Shown: positions 1 to 10,268 of the stretch, one piece after another
Position numbering within the stretch: position 1 is the first letter of the stretch
How the letters are laid out: each line of letters opens with the position of its first letter
DNA from: Clostridia bacterium
GTDB lineage: Bacteria > Bacillota > Clostridia > UMGS1883
Direction: 5' to 3'
Assembly: GCA_045591265.1 (NCBI GenBank)
Contig: JAZNSQ010000003.1
Span: forward strand, 20,150-84,149
DNA length: 64,000 nt
Notes under the pieces: model-generated
Told to the model about the DNA's origin: nothing
Database searches by the model: none
The model's input: only the letters and a program-made list of their open reading frames with translations
Program-made: the position numbers and the translations under genes

Positions 1-182
1 TTGTAATTGATGTTGGAATGGACCGTGACGAAAACGGAAAGCTTTGCGGTGATGTTGACTATGAAAATGTTAAAGAGGTTGCTTCAGCTATAACCCCCGT
101 TCCCGGAGGAGTTGGACCAATGACTATTGCAATGCTTATGAAAAATGCAATAAAAGCCGCGCAAATACAAAACAATCTGTAA
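1..182 (+). CDS. folD: Bifunctional methylenetetrahydrofolate dehydrogenase/cyclohydrolase FolD, 3' end (partial, starts before the window).
   Basis: The frame ending at TAA 180-182 translates to [53 protein letters not shown], the characteristic FolD C-terminus. Confidence 0.8.
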   Translation, partial: VIDVGMDRDENGKLCGDVDYENVKEVASAITPVPGGVGPMTIAMLMKNAIKAAQIQNNL

Positions 183-197
183 ACGGAGGATGCCATA

Positions 198-2183
198 ATG
201 GCTAAAAAAACATACGATAACGAAAGTATAACCTCGCTTAAAGGCGCGGACAGAGTCCGTAAAAGGCCCGGCGTAATTTTTGGTTCAGACGGTCTTGAGG
301 GATGCGAACACAGTGTATTTGAAATTATTTCAAACTCTATTGATGAGGCGAAGGAAGGCTACGGCAGTGTTATAGAAATAACACGCTATAGCGATATGTC
401 AATAGAAGTAAAGGACCATGGTCGCGGAATTCCGCTTGACTGGAACCCCAAAGAAGAAAAATACAACTGGGAGCTTGTGTTTTGTGAGCTTTATGCAGGC
501 GGAAAGTATGACAAGGGCGAGGGTGAAAACTATCTTTACTCACTCGGCTTAAACGGACTTGGCCTTTGTGCAACGCAGTACAGTGCTGAGTATATGGACG
601 TTACAGTTTGCCGTGACGGATATGAAAACAAGCTCTATTTTGAAAAGGGCGAAAACGTGGGCGGTCTTTTTAAGGAAGAAAAAAATTACCGTTCAACAAG
701 TACTACAATAAAGTGGCGCCCTGACCTTGACGTGTTTACAGACATAAATATTCCGCTTGAATTTTTTGAGGATGTACTAAAGCGTCAAGCCGTTGTAAAT
801 GATAAAATTACATTTAAGCTTAATTACCACCACTCTGACGGGCAAATCACAAAGCGTGAATACCGCTATGATAATGGTATTATAGATTACATTAACGAAA
901 TGTGCCCGGAGGATGAAAAACGTCTTAACCAGACGGCATTTTTTGAAGGCGAAAGAACAGGTCGTGACCGTGAGGATATGCGCGACTACAAGGTGAAAAT
1001 AAGCTTTGCATTCGCGTTTTCAAATAATGTCCAGTGCATTGAATACTACCATAACTCAAGCTATCTTGAGCATGGCGGTGCGCCTGACAAAGCGGCAAGA
1101 AGTGCATTTGTAAGTGCGATAGATTCATACATCAGGCAAAATAACAAATATACAAAAAATGAATCAAAGATTACCTTTGCCGATGTTGCGGATAGTTTAA
1201 TTCTTGTTACTAACTGTTTTTCAACGGTTGTAAGCTATGAAAATCAGACGAAAAAAAGTATAACTAACAAGTTCATTCAAGAGGCTATGACGGATTTTCT
1301 CCGTAAGAATATTGAGGTTTATTTAATTGAAAATAAGCCTGAAGCGGAAAAGATTTCTAATCAGGTTTTATTAAATAAGCGCAGCCGTGAATCTGCAGAA
1401 AAAACGAGGACAAACATTAAAAAGAAGCTTATGGGAAGCTTGGATGTCACAAACAGAGTGCAAAAGTTTGTCGACTGCAGGTCAAAAGACATTTCAGAGC
1501 GTGAGCTTTATATAGTTGAGGGTGACAGTGCGCTTGGTGCTTGTAAACTTGGAAGAGATGCCAATTTCCAGGCAATCATCCCCGTTCGCGGTAAAATTTT
1601 AAACTGTCTCAAAGCAGATTACGATAAGATTTTTAAAAGCGAAATTATTACAGACCTTATAAAAGTTATGGGTTGCGGTGTGGAAATAAAAACGAAGCAC
1701 AATAAGGATATGGCTTCCTTTGATTTAGGCAATCTTCGCTGGAATAAAATTATTATCTGTACCGATGCCGATGTTGACGGTTTCCAGATAAGAACACTTA
1801 TTTTAACGATGCTTTACCGCCTTGTCCCCACTCTTATTGACGAGGGTAAGGTTTATATTGCAGAGTCTCCCCTGTTTGAAATTACCCATAAGGATAAATC
1901 CTTTTTTGCCTACACTGAAAGAGAAAAAGCCGAAATACTTGCAACACTTCCCGAAAAAGGCGTTACAATTCAGCGCAGTAAAGGTCTTGGTGAAAACCAG
2001 CCCGATATGATGTGGCAAACCACTATGAACCCAGAAACGCGCAGACTGATTAAAGTTATGGCAGAGGATGCCCAGAAAACTGCAGAGGTTTTTGATTTGC
2101 TTCTTGGCGATAACCTTCAAGGCAGAAAAGAACATATTGCGCAAAGGGGCAAGGATTATATTGAGCTCACTGACATTAGCTAA
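198..2183 (+). CDS. Type IIA DNA topoisomerase subunit B, ParE/GyrB-like, 661 aa.
   Basis: GGAGGA ribosome-binding site upstream. GHKL ATPase motifs EIISNSIDE and VKDHGRGIP, a QTK loop, Toprim EGDSALG, PVRGKILN and DADVDGFQI. No A-subunit gene is adjacent. Confidence 0.85.
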   Translation: MAKKTYDNESITSLKGADRVRKRPGVIFGSDGLEGCEHSVFEIISNSIDEAKEGYGSVIEITRYSDMSIEVKDHGRGIPLDWNPKEEKYNWELVFCELYAGGKYDKGEGENYLYSLGLNGLGLCATQYSAEYMDVTVCRDGYENKLYFEKGENVGGLFKEEKNYRSTSTTIKWRPDLDVFTDINIPLEFFEDVLKRQAVVNDKITFKLNYHHSDGQITKREYRYDNGIIDYINEMCPEDEKRLNQTAFFEGERTGRDREDMRDYKVKISFAFAFSNNVQCIEYYHNSSYLEHGGAPDKAARSAFVSAIDSYIRQNNKYTKNESKITFADVADSLILVTNCFSTVVSYENQTKKSITNKFIQEAMTDFLRKNIEVYLIENKPEAEKISNQVLLNKRSRESAEKTRTNIKKKLMGSLDVTNRVQKFVDCRSKDISERELYIVEGDSALGACKLGRDANFQAIIPVRGKILNCLKADYDKIFKSEIITDLIKVMGCGVEIKTKHNKDMASFDLGNLRWNKIIICTDADVDGFQIRTLILTMLYRLVPTLIDEGKVYIAESPLFEITHKDKSFFAYTEREKAEILATLPEKGVTIQRSKGLGENQPDMMWQTTMNPETRRLIKVMAEDAQKTAEVFDLLLGDNLQGRKEHIAQRGKDYIELTDIS

Positions 2184-2204
2184 AAAACGAATAATTTTAA
2201 AAAA

Positions 2205-2231
2205 GAAATTCCAATTGGAATTTCTTTTTTT
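2205..2231 (+). terminator. Rho-independent terminator after the topoisomerase gene.
   Basis: Perfect hairpin gaaattccaattggaatttc followed by a T7 run. Confidence 0.65.
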
Positions 2232-2254
2232 ATTATAGAAATAATAGCTATGAG

Positions 2255-2932
2255 GTGATTTTTTTGGGAATTTCATTTATAAGAACAATTATTCTCTATT
2301 TTTGCGTTGTATTAGCACTTCGTATTATGGGAAAAAGGCAGCTTGGCGAGCTTCAACCCTCCGAGCTTGTTGTTGCAATTATGATTTCCGACTTGGCAAG
2401 CGTTCCCATGCAATCAAAAAACATTCCATTAGTTGACGGAATTGTGCCGATATTTTCGCTTGTAATCATTGAACTTATATTTTCGCTTATTGTTTTAAAA
2501 AGTGATAAATTTCGAAAAATCATAACAGGCAGACCAACACAAATTATAAAAAACGGAAAAATCTTAAAAGAAAAGCTTTCCGAGCTTCGCATTTGCATAG
2601 ACGATATTGTTGAGCAAGCACGGATTGCGGGATATCCCGATATTTCGGAAATCTACAGTGCATATATAGAAACGAACGGGCAACTGTCTATTATTCCTTT
2701 TGAAAGCGAAAAGGCGGCAACTCTTAAAAGTCTTAAAATAAAAGAAAAACAAACAAAAATTCCTTACATCATAATTGCAGACGGAAAATTAAGAAAAAAC
2801 AATCTTAAAAATGCCAACATAACTGAAAAATGGATAGAAAAAAAGCTTTCGGAGAATAATATCAAGACAATTAAGGATGTTTTTTTCATGAGTGTAAATG
2901 AGGATAAGGAGGTGTTCATTCAAAAAATATGA
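2255..2932 (+). CDS. DUF421 (YetF-like) membrane protein.
   Basis: N-terminal transmembrane helices, then the conserved GKRQLGELQPSELVVAIMISDLAS motif typical of DUF421/YetF proteins. GTG start. Confidence 0.7.
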   Translation: MIFLGISFIRTIILYFCVVLALRIMGKRQLGELQPSELVVAIMISDLASVPMQSKNIPLVDGIVPIFSLVIIELIFSLIVLKSDKFRKIITGRPTQIIKNGKILKEKLSELRICIDDIVEQARIAGYPDISEIYSAYIETNGQLSIIPFESEKAATLKSLKIKEKQTKIPYIIIADGKLRKNNLKNANITEKWIEKKLSENNIKTIKDVFFMSVNEDKEVFIQKI

Positions 2933-3306
2933 AAAAAAGCATAATACTCATTTTAATTATCGGACTTATACTTTTTTGGGGAACATTTCGGCAAACCTCA
3001 CTTTTAAAGGAAGCGTCCTCAGAGGCTACGCATTTATTGACAGATATCTCGAATTCATTGGATTCTCCGGAGGATGCAAAAAAAATTTTTCAGGATTATA
3101 AAAACAAGTGGAAAAAGGTTAAAGAATCGCTTTCTCTTATTATTGCTCACGATGAAATTGACCAAATCGCACTTCATAATAACAGGCTTTATTATTTCCT
3201 TTGGGAGGGTGTAAGAGCTGACTCTCTTGCAGAAATCGGTGAGCTTAAGAGCATTTATACAGAGCTTTACGAAAAATTTAAAATCAGCTTTAAAAACATT
3301 TTATAA
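2929..3306 (+). CDS. DUF4363-like small membrane-anchored protein.
   Basis: N-terminal transmembrane segment. Four-bp overlap with, and classic adjacency to, the DUF421 gene. Confidence 0.5.
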   Translation: MKKSIILILIIGLILFWGTFRQTSLLKEASSEATHLLTDISNSLDSPEDAKKIFQDYKNKWKKVKESLSLIIAHDEIDQIALHNNRLYYFLWEGVRADSLAEIGELKSIYTELYEKFKISFKNIL

Positions 3307-3318
3307 GGAGTAATTACA

Positions 3319-5676
3319 TTGAAAGCAATAATTTTAAATGACGGCGAGGGCACCCGTCTGCGCCCTGCTACCTGCACAATGCCAAAATCCATGCTCCCTG
3401 TTGTGGGAAGACCGATTTGTGAGCATATTATAAGACTTCTACGAAGAAACAAAATCTCTGATATCTATATTGTTTCTGACTATATGGAAAGCTCCATTAA
3501 AAACCATTTGTTAAAAAGCAATATACAAGGTGTAAGGCTTTCATTTATATCAACAGAAGACATTTCGTCTGTAATGCTCGAGGATGACGTGTTTATCATA
3601 AACGGAAGCACAATAACAGATATAGATATTTTAAAAATACTAAAGGAGCTTGAAAACAAAAACGCTGATGCACTCCTTGTCACCCGCACCCACCCCGACT
3701 ATCTTGAATACGGCATTGTTACAATGGATGAGGACAAAAATATCATTGACTATAACAGGGCAACCTACCCCGTTTTTTCCTCCATGGAATCATGCTTTAT
3801 GGGTATGATGCTGATTAAAAAGGGATTTAATCTGATTGATAAAAAGAATTTTTGCGCTATGGCGGAAAGCATCTGTAAATCAGGAAAAAAGGTTTCTTCT
3901 TATTCTACGAGAGAGTACATTTGTGATGTAAATGATATGGATAGCTATTTCCGTGTTAACAGAGATTTTTTAGACAAAAAAATTGACCTTCCCTTTCCCT
4001 GTGACGAAAAAGAGCCCGGTGTATGGATTGACGAAGGCGCTAAAGTTATGCGCGGAAGTGTAATTATGCCACCGGTATATATAGGAAAAAATACTGTAAT
4101 TGACCGAGGCGCAAGAATTGAAGACCACACAGTAATAGGAGATGACTGCACCGTTAAGCTCATGGCAAGTATTAAAAGAGCCGTGATTATGAATAACTCA
4201 AAAATTTGTACTGCAAGCAGTGTGCGTGGTTCTTTAATATGCACAGGATGCGAAGTTGGAAGCCACAGTGCAATTTACGAGTCAGCGGTTTTAGCGGAAG
4301 GCTCAATTTTAGGGCAGCGCACAACAGTAAAACCGTCTGTGAGAATCTGGCCAAAAAAATATATTAACGATGAAAGTGTTATATCTTCAAATGTTGTTTG
4401 GGAAAATGTTTCTTGCAGGTCACTCTTTTTTGACGGTTGTGCTTCAGGCGTAATTAACACAGATATAACGCCTGAATTTGCATCTTTTCTTGCAGGCAGT
4501 GTCACAACGCTTTTAGGAAAAAAGATTGGCGTGTCTACCTCTGAATCTGCGCAAGGCAATATGATTAAAAATGCGCTTATATCGGGAATTCTCTCATGCG
4601 GAGGAGCTGTCTATGATTTTGGAGAAGAGCCACTTCCAATTACAAGAAGCGGTGTTCGTTTCTACAATCTTGACGGGGGACTTTCAATAAGCACGTATAC
4701 AAAGGACGATGAATGCTTTTTAGCTATTAATATAATTAATGGCGGAGGTGCAGATGTTGAGGATGAAACCTTGTTTTTAATTGAAGGAATGGTCCAGTCA
4801 GGAGAAGTTAAGCGTGCGCAATCTCTTGAAATAAAGGAAACAATCTATCTTTTTGAATATAAGCTCTATTACCTGCGAAAGCTTATTAACTCTGTAGAAA
4901 AATGTGAAAAGAACATTAAAATTTTGGTAAATGCATCTTCAATGTGGGCAAAAAGACTTCTTGAAAGTGCGGCGTCTGACCTTTCATTTACAATAGAATT
5001 TACAAATACCTCTTCCCCTTATGAGTTTGCAAGTGAAGTAACAAAGGGCGGATATAACTTTGGTGCAATTATAGATTATAAATGCGAAAAGCTAACTCTT
5101 GTAGCTTCCTCGGGTTATCTTCTTTCAGAATTTGATTACAGTGCGCTTATTTCTCTTCTCATTATGAAGTCACACCCCGCACCCGTAATTTATACTCCTC
5201 TTTACTCTCCTGACAGTATTGACTCTTTGGCGCAAAAGTATAATGCAAAAGTAGTAAGGACAAAAATAAGTCCGCCAAACCTTATGAACGAACTTACAAA
5301 ACACAGTGAAGAGCCATTCACAAAACAATTTATCTTTAATTTTGACGCTGTGGGTTCATTAATATTTCTTGCTTCCCATTCAGCTAATTTAACATCGATT
5401 GATGACTTACTCACAGAGATACCAAAAACCTATACAAAGGAAAGCTTTGTCAGTTGTAATTACAATGAGCAAAATGAAAAAATCAGAAATTTAACCAAGA
5501 AGCATAACCTAAATAACTTAACTTCTGATAAGGGTGTGAAAGTACCGTTTGAAAACGGCTGGGCAATCATTATTCCCAAAAAGGAAGATAGCTCAATCAA
5601 AGTCATTTCTCACTCATATAAAGAAGAATATGCAAGTGAGATTGCAGATATCTGTACGGATGAAATTATAAAATAA
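3319..5676 (+). CDS. 785-aa fusion protein: sugar-phosphate nucleotidyltransferase, left-handed beta-helix (hexapeptide) region and phosphohexomutase-like C-terminal domain.
   Basis: N-terminal LNDGEGTRLRPAT (GxGTRL) motif of NTP-transferases. Hexapeptide repeats in the middle. The C-terminal region begins FFDGCASGVINTDITPE, which resembles the N-terminus of PGM/PMM enzymes. Confidence 0.75.
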   Translation: MKAIILNDGEGTRLRPATCTMPKSMLPVVGRPICEHIIRLLRRNKISDIYIVSDYMESSIKNHLLKSNIQGVRLSFISTEDISSVMLEDDVFIINGSTITDIDILKILKELENKNADALLVTRTHPDYLEYGIVTMDEDKNIIDYNRATYPVFSSMESCFMGMMLIKKGFNLIDKKNFCAMAESICKSGKKVSSYSTREYICDVNDMDSYFRVNRDFLDKKIDLPFPCDEKEPGVWIDEGAKVMRGSVIMPPVYIGKNTVIDRGARIEDHTVIGDDCTVKLMASIKRAVIMNNSKICTASSVRGSLICTGCEVGSHSAIYESAVLAEGSILGQRTTVKPSVRIWPKKYINDESVISSNVVWENVSCRSLFFDGCASGVINTDITPEFASFLAGSVTTLLGKKIGVSTSESAQGNMIKNALISGILSCGGAVYDFGEEPLPITRSGVRFYNLDGGLSISTYTKDDECFLAINIINGGGADVEDETLFLIEGMVQSGEVKRAQSLEIKETIYLFEYKLYYLRKLINSVEKCEKNIKILVNASSMWAKRLLESAASDLSFTIEFTNTSSPYEFASEVTKGGYNFGAIIDYKCEKLTLVASSGYLLSEFDYSALISLLIMKSHPAPVIYTPLYSPDSIDSLAQKYNAKVVRTKISPPNLMNELTKHSEEPFTKQFIFNFDAVGSLIFLASHSANLTSIDDLLTEIPKTYTKESFVSCNYNEQNEKIRNLTKKHNLNNLTSDKGVKVPFENGWAIIIPKKEDSSIKVISHSYKEEYASEIADICTDEIIK

Positions 5677-5701
5677 AAAAGGGGTGTCCACCCCTTTTTT
5701 T
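5675..5701. terminator. Bidirectional Rho-independent terminator between convergent genes.
   Basis: aaaaaaggggtgtccacccctttttttatttt: a GC hairpin flanked by A and T runs on both sides. Confidence 0.75.
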
Positions 5702-7421
5702 ATTTTATAATTTCCACTATTTTTTCTGTGAGCATTTTATGTGTTTCCTTTGCTTCGCACTCATTCATATCGCTGTAACCAATGTAAAGCTTAAGCTTTG
5801 GTTCAGTACCGCTGGGACGAAGTGCAATCCACCCTTTGTTATCATCAAGCTCAAGATAAAGCATATTGTTTTTAGGAAGTTCTGTACTCTTTGTACTGCC
5901 GTCTTTGTATGATATTGTACCTTCCTGATAGTCACGTATCGCACTTACTTTGCATTTACCTATAGACTCGGGACAATCTGTGCGGATCTTTTCTATCATA
6001 TTACGGATTTTTTCAGGACCCTCTATTCCCTTTTCCACAATATTTACAGTACCCTCACAGTATGTGCCGAATTTTTTATAAAGAGAATTAAGTGCATCAA
6101 AAAGCGTTTTTCCCTGCTTTTTATACCACGCTGCCATTTCAACAATGAGCATTGATGCTACAACAGCATCCTTGTCATGTGCATACGTTCCGCTTAAGTA
6201 TCCGTAGCTTTCTTCAAAGCCGAAAACAAATGAGTGGGAATTATCCTTATTATACAAATCTATCTTTTCGCCGATAAACTTAAAGCCCGTAAGAACTTCC
6301 ACCAAAGTTACATTATAGTATGCTGCTATTGCCCTTACAATTTCAGTTGAAACAACCGATTTTATTACTACGGGATTATGTGGCATTGTGCCTTTCTCTT
6401 TATGCTGTGAAAGAATGTAATCTACCAAAAGTGCGCCGACCTGATTTCCCGTAAACGCAACGTATTCACCGCGTGAGTCTCTTACTACAATTCCGACTCT
6501 GTCACTGTCAGGGTCTGTACCGATGATAAGATCTGTATCATTCTTTTTTGCAAGCTCTATCGCAAGAGTAAAGCCTTCCTTATCCTCGGGATTGGGGCTT
6601 TTAACTGTGGGGAAATTCCCATCAGGCAGTTCCTGCTCTTTAACAACTAAAAGCTTTTTAAGTCCTGCCATAGAAAGAATTTTCTGAACAAGTAAATTTC
6701 CGCTTCCGTGGAAAGGCGTATATACAACGCTGAAATCATCACTTACCTCTGAAATGATTTCTTTATTAACGCTTTGCTCAAATACATTTTTTAAGTATTC
6801 TTTGTCAATTTCTTCACCGATGTAAACTAAAAGTCCGTCCTTTTGTGCCTGCTTTTCATCCATTACTTTAGCGCCGGTGAGAATATCTGTCTTTAAAATT
6901 TCATCGGTTACATTGTTTGCAACTTCAAGTCCTATTTGTCCGCCGTCTTCACCATATACTTTATATCCGTTATATTCCTTTGGATTATGGCTTGCAGTTA
7001 TCACAATACCCGCAACACACTTAAGATGAAGCACTGCAAAGCTAAGCTCCGGTGTAGGGCGAAGCGAGTCAAAAAGGTATGTCTTTATCCCATTTGCGCA
7101 AAGCACCTTTGCTGCTTCGAGCGAGAAAATATCACTGTAATTTCTCGAGTCATACGCGATAACTACGCCTTTATCCATTTTGCCCGTTTTTTTAATGTAT
7201 TCACTAAGTCCCTGTGTTGCCTGACGAACGGTGTATACATTCATTCGGTTTGTTCCTGCGCCGATTATTCCGCGAAGACCAGCAGTTCCAAACTCAAGGC
7301 TCTTAAAAAATCTTTCTTTAATCTCCTGTGTCTTTCCCTCTATATCGAAAAGCTCTTCTTTAAGTTCACTTTCGGGCATATCAAAACTTTTCCATTTTTC
7401 GTATTCCTTTAAAAAATCCAT
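5700..7421 (-). CDS. pgcA: Phosphoglucomutase/phosphomannomutase-family phospho-sugar mutase.
   Basis: GTAGLRG N-terminal motif, TASHNPKEYNGYKVY active-site serine loop, 573 aa. Confidence 0.85.
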   Translation of the reverse strand: MDFLKEYEKWKSFDMPESELKEELFDIEGKTQEIKERFFKSLEFGTAGLRGIIGAGTNRMNVYTVRQATQGLSEYIKKTGKMDKGVVIAYDSRNYSDIFSLEAAKVLCANGIKTYLFDSLRPTPELSFAVLHLKCVAGIVITASHNPKEYNGYKVYGEDGGQIGLEVANNVTDEILKTDILTGAKVMDEKQAQKDGLLVYIGEEIDKEYLKNVFEQSVNKEIISEVSDDFSVVYTPFHGSGNLLVQKILSMAGLKKLLVVKEQELPDGNFPTVKSPNPEDKEGFTLAIELAKKNDTDLIIGTDPDSDRVGIVVRDSRGEYVAFTGNQVGALLVDYILSQHKEKGTMPHNPVVIKSVVSTEIVRAIAAYYNVTLVEVLTGFKFIGEKIDLYNKDNSHSFVFGFEESYGYLSGTYAHDKDAVVASMLIVEMAAWYKKQGKTLFDALNSLYKKFGTYCEGTVNIVEKGIEGPEKIRNMIEKIRTDCPESIGKCKVSAIRDYQEGTISYKDGSTKSTELPKNNMLYLELDDNKGWIALRPSGTEPKLKLYIGYSDMNECEAKETHKMLTEKIVEIIK

Positions 7422-7422
7422 A

Positions 7423-7893
7423 TCATACCTTTCCTTTCTTTAAACTTTTAAAAATATGAATTATAAATATTGCAAATACACTTCCAAGGATTGCGCCAAG
7501 TGTATCTATACAAACATCTCTTATTTCGCCTGAACGCCCTTTTACAAAAAGCTGGTGTATTTCATCCGTGCAGGCATACAAAAATGAGTAAATTGTACTT
7601 TTTAAAATTACAAGTCTGTAGGTGTTTTTGTATTCAAAAAGAAGCAATGCTATTAAAAATGATAGAAGCGCGTAAACTAAAAGATGTGCCGTCTTCCGCA
7701 CGAAATAATCAAGCTTTTTGGAGAGCTCTATGGCGGCAGTATCTGAAAGTGAATCATTAAAATCAAAGAAATTTATTATTTTAACTATAAATCCCTTGCT
7801 TGTCCCTCCTGAGACGTGCGCCTCCTGCGCGGAAAAGAAATAGATTGTGCACATACAGATAATAATAAGAACAATCAGTATTTTCTTATACAT
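7423..7893 (-). CDS. VanZ-family membrane protein.
   Basis: Four transmembrane segments with the conserved RKTAHLLVYALL and DEIHQLFVKGRSGEIRDV motifs. Confidence 0.7.
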   Translation of the reverse strand: MYKKILIVLIIICMCTIYFFSAQEAHVSGGTSKGFIVKIINFFDFNDSLSDTAAIELSKKLDYFVRKTAHLLVYALLSFLIALLLFEYKNTYRLVILKSTIYSFLYACTDEIHQLFVKGRSGEIRDVCIDTLGAILGSVFAIFIIHIFKSLKKGKV

Positions 7894-7909
7894 ATTATAA
7901 CTCCAAAAT

Positions 7910-8605
7910 TTAGTTAGACTTTTGTTGTTTTAAAATTTTTTCTTTTTCGTCTTTTGTTATATATTTGTTAGTCACCATAGTGTCGAGCACCTTTTCCTGC
8001 CTTTTATGTGCAAGGTTAATGTTGTTATCAGGTGAATACACACTTGGTGCATTTACAACACCTGCAAGAAGTGTTGCTTCGTAGTCACTTAACTTATCAG
8101 GAGTCTTGTTAAAATATCCTTTTGAAGCATCATATATATTATAGTGTCCGCTTCCGTAATATATTACATTTATATATAATTCTAAAATTTCTTCTTTAGT
8201 ATAGTTTTTTTCTATTTCGATTGCCGTAAACATCTCGGCAATTTTACGCGTAATGGTATCTTCCCCGATAAAGTAAATATTTTTTGCAAGCTGCTGGGTT
8301 ATGGTGCTTCCGCCCTCTGATATTTTCTTGTCCTTAACGTTTTTTATAAAGGCGCGCGCCATCGAGAAAACGTCTACCCCTTTATGCTTGTAAAAGCGCC
8401 TATCCTCTACAGAGCAGATTGCCTCCAAAAAAGTACTGCTTACGTTTTCTATTTTAGTAAAGTCCTCACCCGCGCGGATAGACTCTACCTTCTCTGTGAT
8501 TGGAACAGTTGTAGCACTTTCGTACTTTTTCCATCCGCTATAGACAAAAAATGCGATAATTAAGATAACAATAATTAAAATAAATGTAAACAACTTTTTT
8601 ATCAA
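7910..8605 (-). CDS. Monofunctional peptidoglycan glycosyltransferase (GT51 transglycosylase domain).
   Basis: N-terminal transmembrane anchor, EDRRFYKHKGVD and GGSTITQQLAKN motifs of GT51. Confidence 0.8.
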   Translation of the reverse strand: MIKKLFTFILIIVILIIAFFVYSGWKKYESATTVPITEKVESIRAGEDFTKIENVSSTFLEAICSVEDRRFYKHKGVDVFSMARAFIKNVKDKKISEGGSTITQQLAKNIYFIGEDTITRKIAEMFTAIEIEKNYTKEEILELYINVIYYGSGHYNIYDASKGYFNKTPDKLSDYEATLLAGVVNAPSVYSPDNNINLAHKRQEKVLDTMVTNKYITKDEKEKILKQQKSN

Positions 8606-8610
8606 TTATC

Positions 8611-10257
8611 TCACTTCCTTTTAAAATCGCACGTTACACAAATAAGCTCTTCTGAAAGCTTATCGAACATATATACTCCGCCAAAAAGTTGTTCAAATCT
8701 TAATTTTTTATAGATAATTTTGGGCGGCAGCTTTATATACTTAGGTAAATATTTTTTTACGTTTGCTTCATTTTTCAGAAAACAAAAACACTCATCCTTA
8801 AACCTAGGATCCAAGTCATAGCTTATTTTTGCCTTTTTATTTGTAAGAAGGTCAGCTTTGGCGTAGTCCTCCACATCGTCCTTCCCAAACACTTTTACAA
8901 GGATTTCCTGCCTTTTTTCAAGTGAAAGCGCGGCATCCAAAAGGTTGTTTTCTAAATAAAAGTCATAAATTCTTTCAAAAACCTCGAAGGGAGACTGGTA
9001 CTTTTTAAATAAAAATTCCATACTCCTTTTAAAATCACCGCTGTTATAATACTTTTCAAGCAAATCCTCAATGTATTTCAGCTTAATTATTTCATCAAAC
9101 GAAATAAAGTCATTTTCAATTACTTCATAGGGTGCCTGTGTTTTAAATTTATAGTTAAACTTACTTGCTTCATTTCTTATTTTTGAGCCTTTGAGCATTT
9201 TTAAAAATCCAAGCTGTAAAACATTGGGAAAAAGGCTTATTACATCATCAAACGACCTTTTAAAGCTTTCATAATTTTCATAAGGAAGACCTGCAATAAG
9301 GTCGAGGTGAATATGAATATTTGAAAGATTTATAAGCTTTCTTACGTTTTCTTTGATTTTATCAAAATCTATGTTTCGCCCGATTGCCTTTAGCGTTTCC
9401 TTGTTTGTCGACTGAACACCTATCTCAAATTGGATATGCCCTTTTTTAGCGCCTTTTAAAATATCTATCATTTCATCATCTATAAGACTTCCCGAAAGTT
9501 CAAAGTGAAATGTTGTATTCTTATTATTTTCAATTATAAACTTAAAAATTTCACATGCACGCTTTTTATCGGCATTAAAGGTCCTGTCAACAAATTTTAC
9601 TAAAGGTACGTTATTAGTAATAAAAAACATAAGCTCTTTTTTTACGCGTTCAAGCTCAAGATATCTTACTTTATTATTTCTTCCCGACAAGCAATATGTG
9701 CATCCAAACGGGCAACCTCTTGAGCTTTCGTAGTAAATTATTTTACTCTTGCAGTCTTCTATGCTTTCGTAAGGAAAGGGATACTCATTTATGTCGCTTT
9801 CCTCTAAAATTTCGTTTTCTATGATTTGGGCATCTTTTCTGTATGAAAGAGACGGAACGAACGAAAAATCTGTGTTATTTAACAGTGCATCAAAAAGCAT
9901 ATAACAAGGTTTTTCCCCTTCACCGCGCACTATAAAATCAATATAATTATTATTTAAAAGAATGTCGCGCGCGTCATACGTCACCTCATGCCCGCCGAGA
10001 ATAATTTTAAGAGACGGGCAAACGCTTTTAAGCGTTTTTGATATATAAAGAATTCTATCAATATTCCAGATATAGCACGAAAAGGCAATTACATCTGCCT
10101 TTTCTTTGTAAAGGCTTGCTATTATTGAGTCAATACTGTCATTAATCGTATATTCCTTTATTGTGGGATAAAAGCTCTCACAATACTTTTTAATAGACCT
10201 GACGGCTAAATTTGTATGTATGAATTTGGCGTTTAGCGCGCAAAGAACGATTTTCAT
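8611..10257 (-). CDS. B12-binding domain-containing radical SAM protein (DUF4080 type).
   Basis: N-terminal B12-binding fold and a CPFGCTYC radical-SAM cysteine motif. Confidence 0.8.
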   Translation of the reverse strand: MKIVLCALNAKFIHTNLAVRSIKKYCESFYPTIKEYTINDSIDSIIASLYKEKADVIAFSCYIWNIDRILYISKTLKSVCPSLKIILGGHEVTYDARDILLNNNYIDFIVRGEGEKPCYMLFDALLNNTDFSFVPSLSYRKDAQIIENEILEESDINEYPFPYESIEDCKSKIIYYESSRGCPFGCTYCLSGRNNKVRYLELERVKKELMFFITNNVPLVKFVDRTFNADKKRACEIFKFIIENNKNTTFHFELSGSLIDDEMIDILKGAKKGHIQFEIGVQSTNKETLKAIGRNIDFDKIKENVRKLINLSNIHIHLDLIAGLPYENYESFKRSFDDVISLFPNVLQLGFLKMLKGSKIRNEASKFNYKFKTQAPYEVIENDFISFDEIIKLKYIEDLLEKYYNSGDFKRSMEFLFKKYQSPFEVFERIYDFYLENNLLDAALSLEKRQEILVKVFGKDDVEDYAKADLLTNKKAKISYDLDPRFKDECFCFLKNEANVKKYLPKYIKLPPKIIYKKLRFEQLFGGVYMFDKLSEELICVTCDFKRK

Positions 10258-10268
10258 ATAATCACCAT

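Noticed and set aside
6936-7412. 158-aa plus-strand ORF within pgcA. Similar antisense ORFs occur at 17641-18039, 40951-41343, 45744-46106 and elsewhere.
   Set aside because: It is fully embedded antisense in strongly supported conserved genes. AT-rich genomes generate such ORFs by chance.
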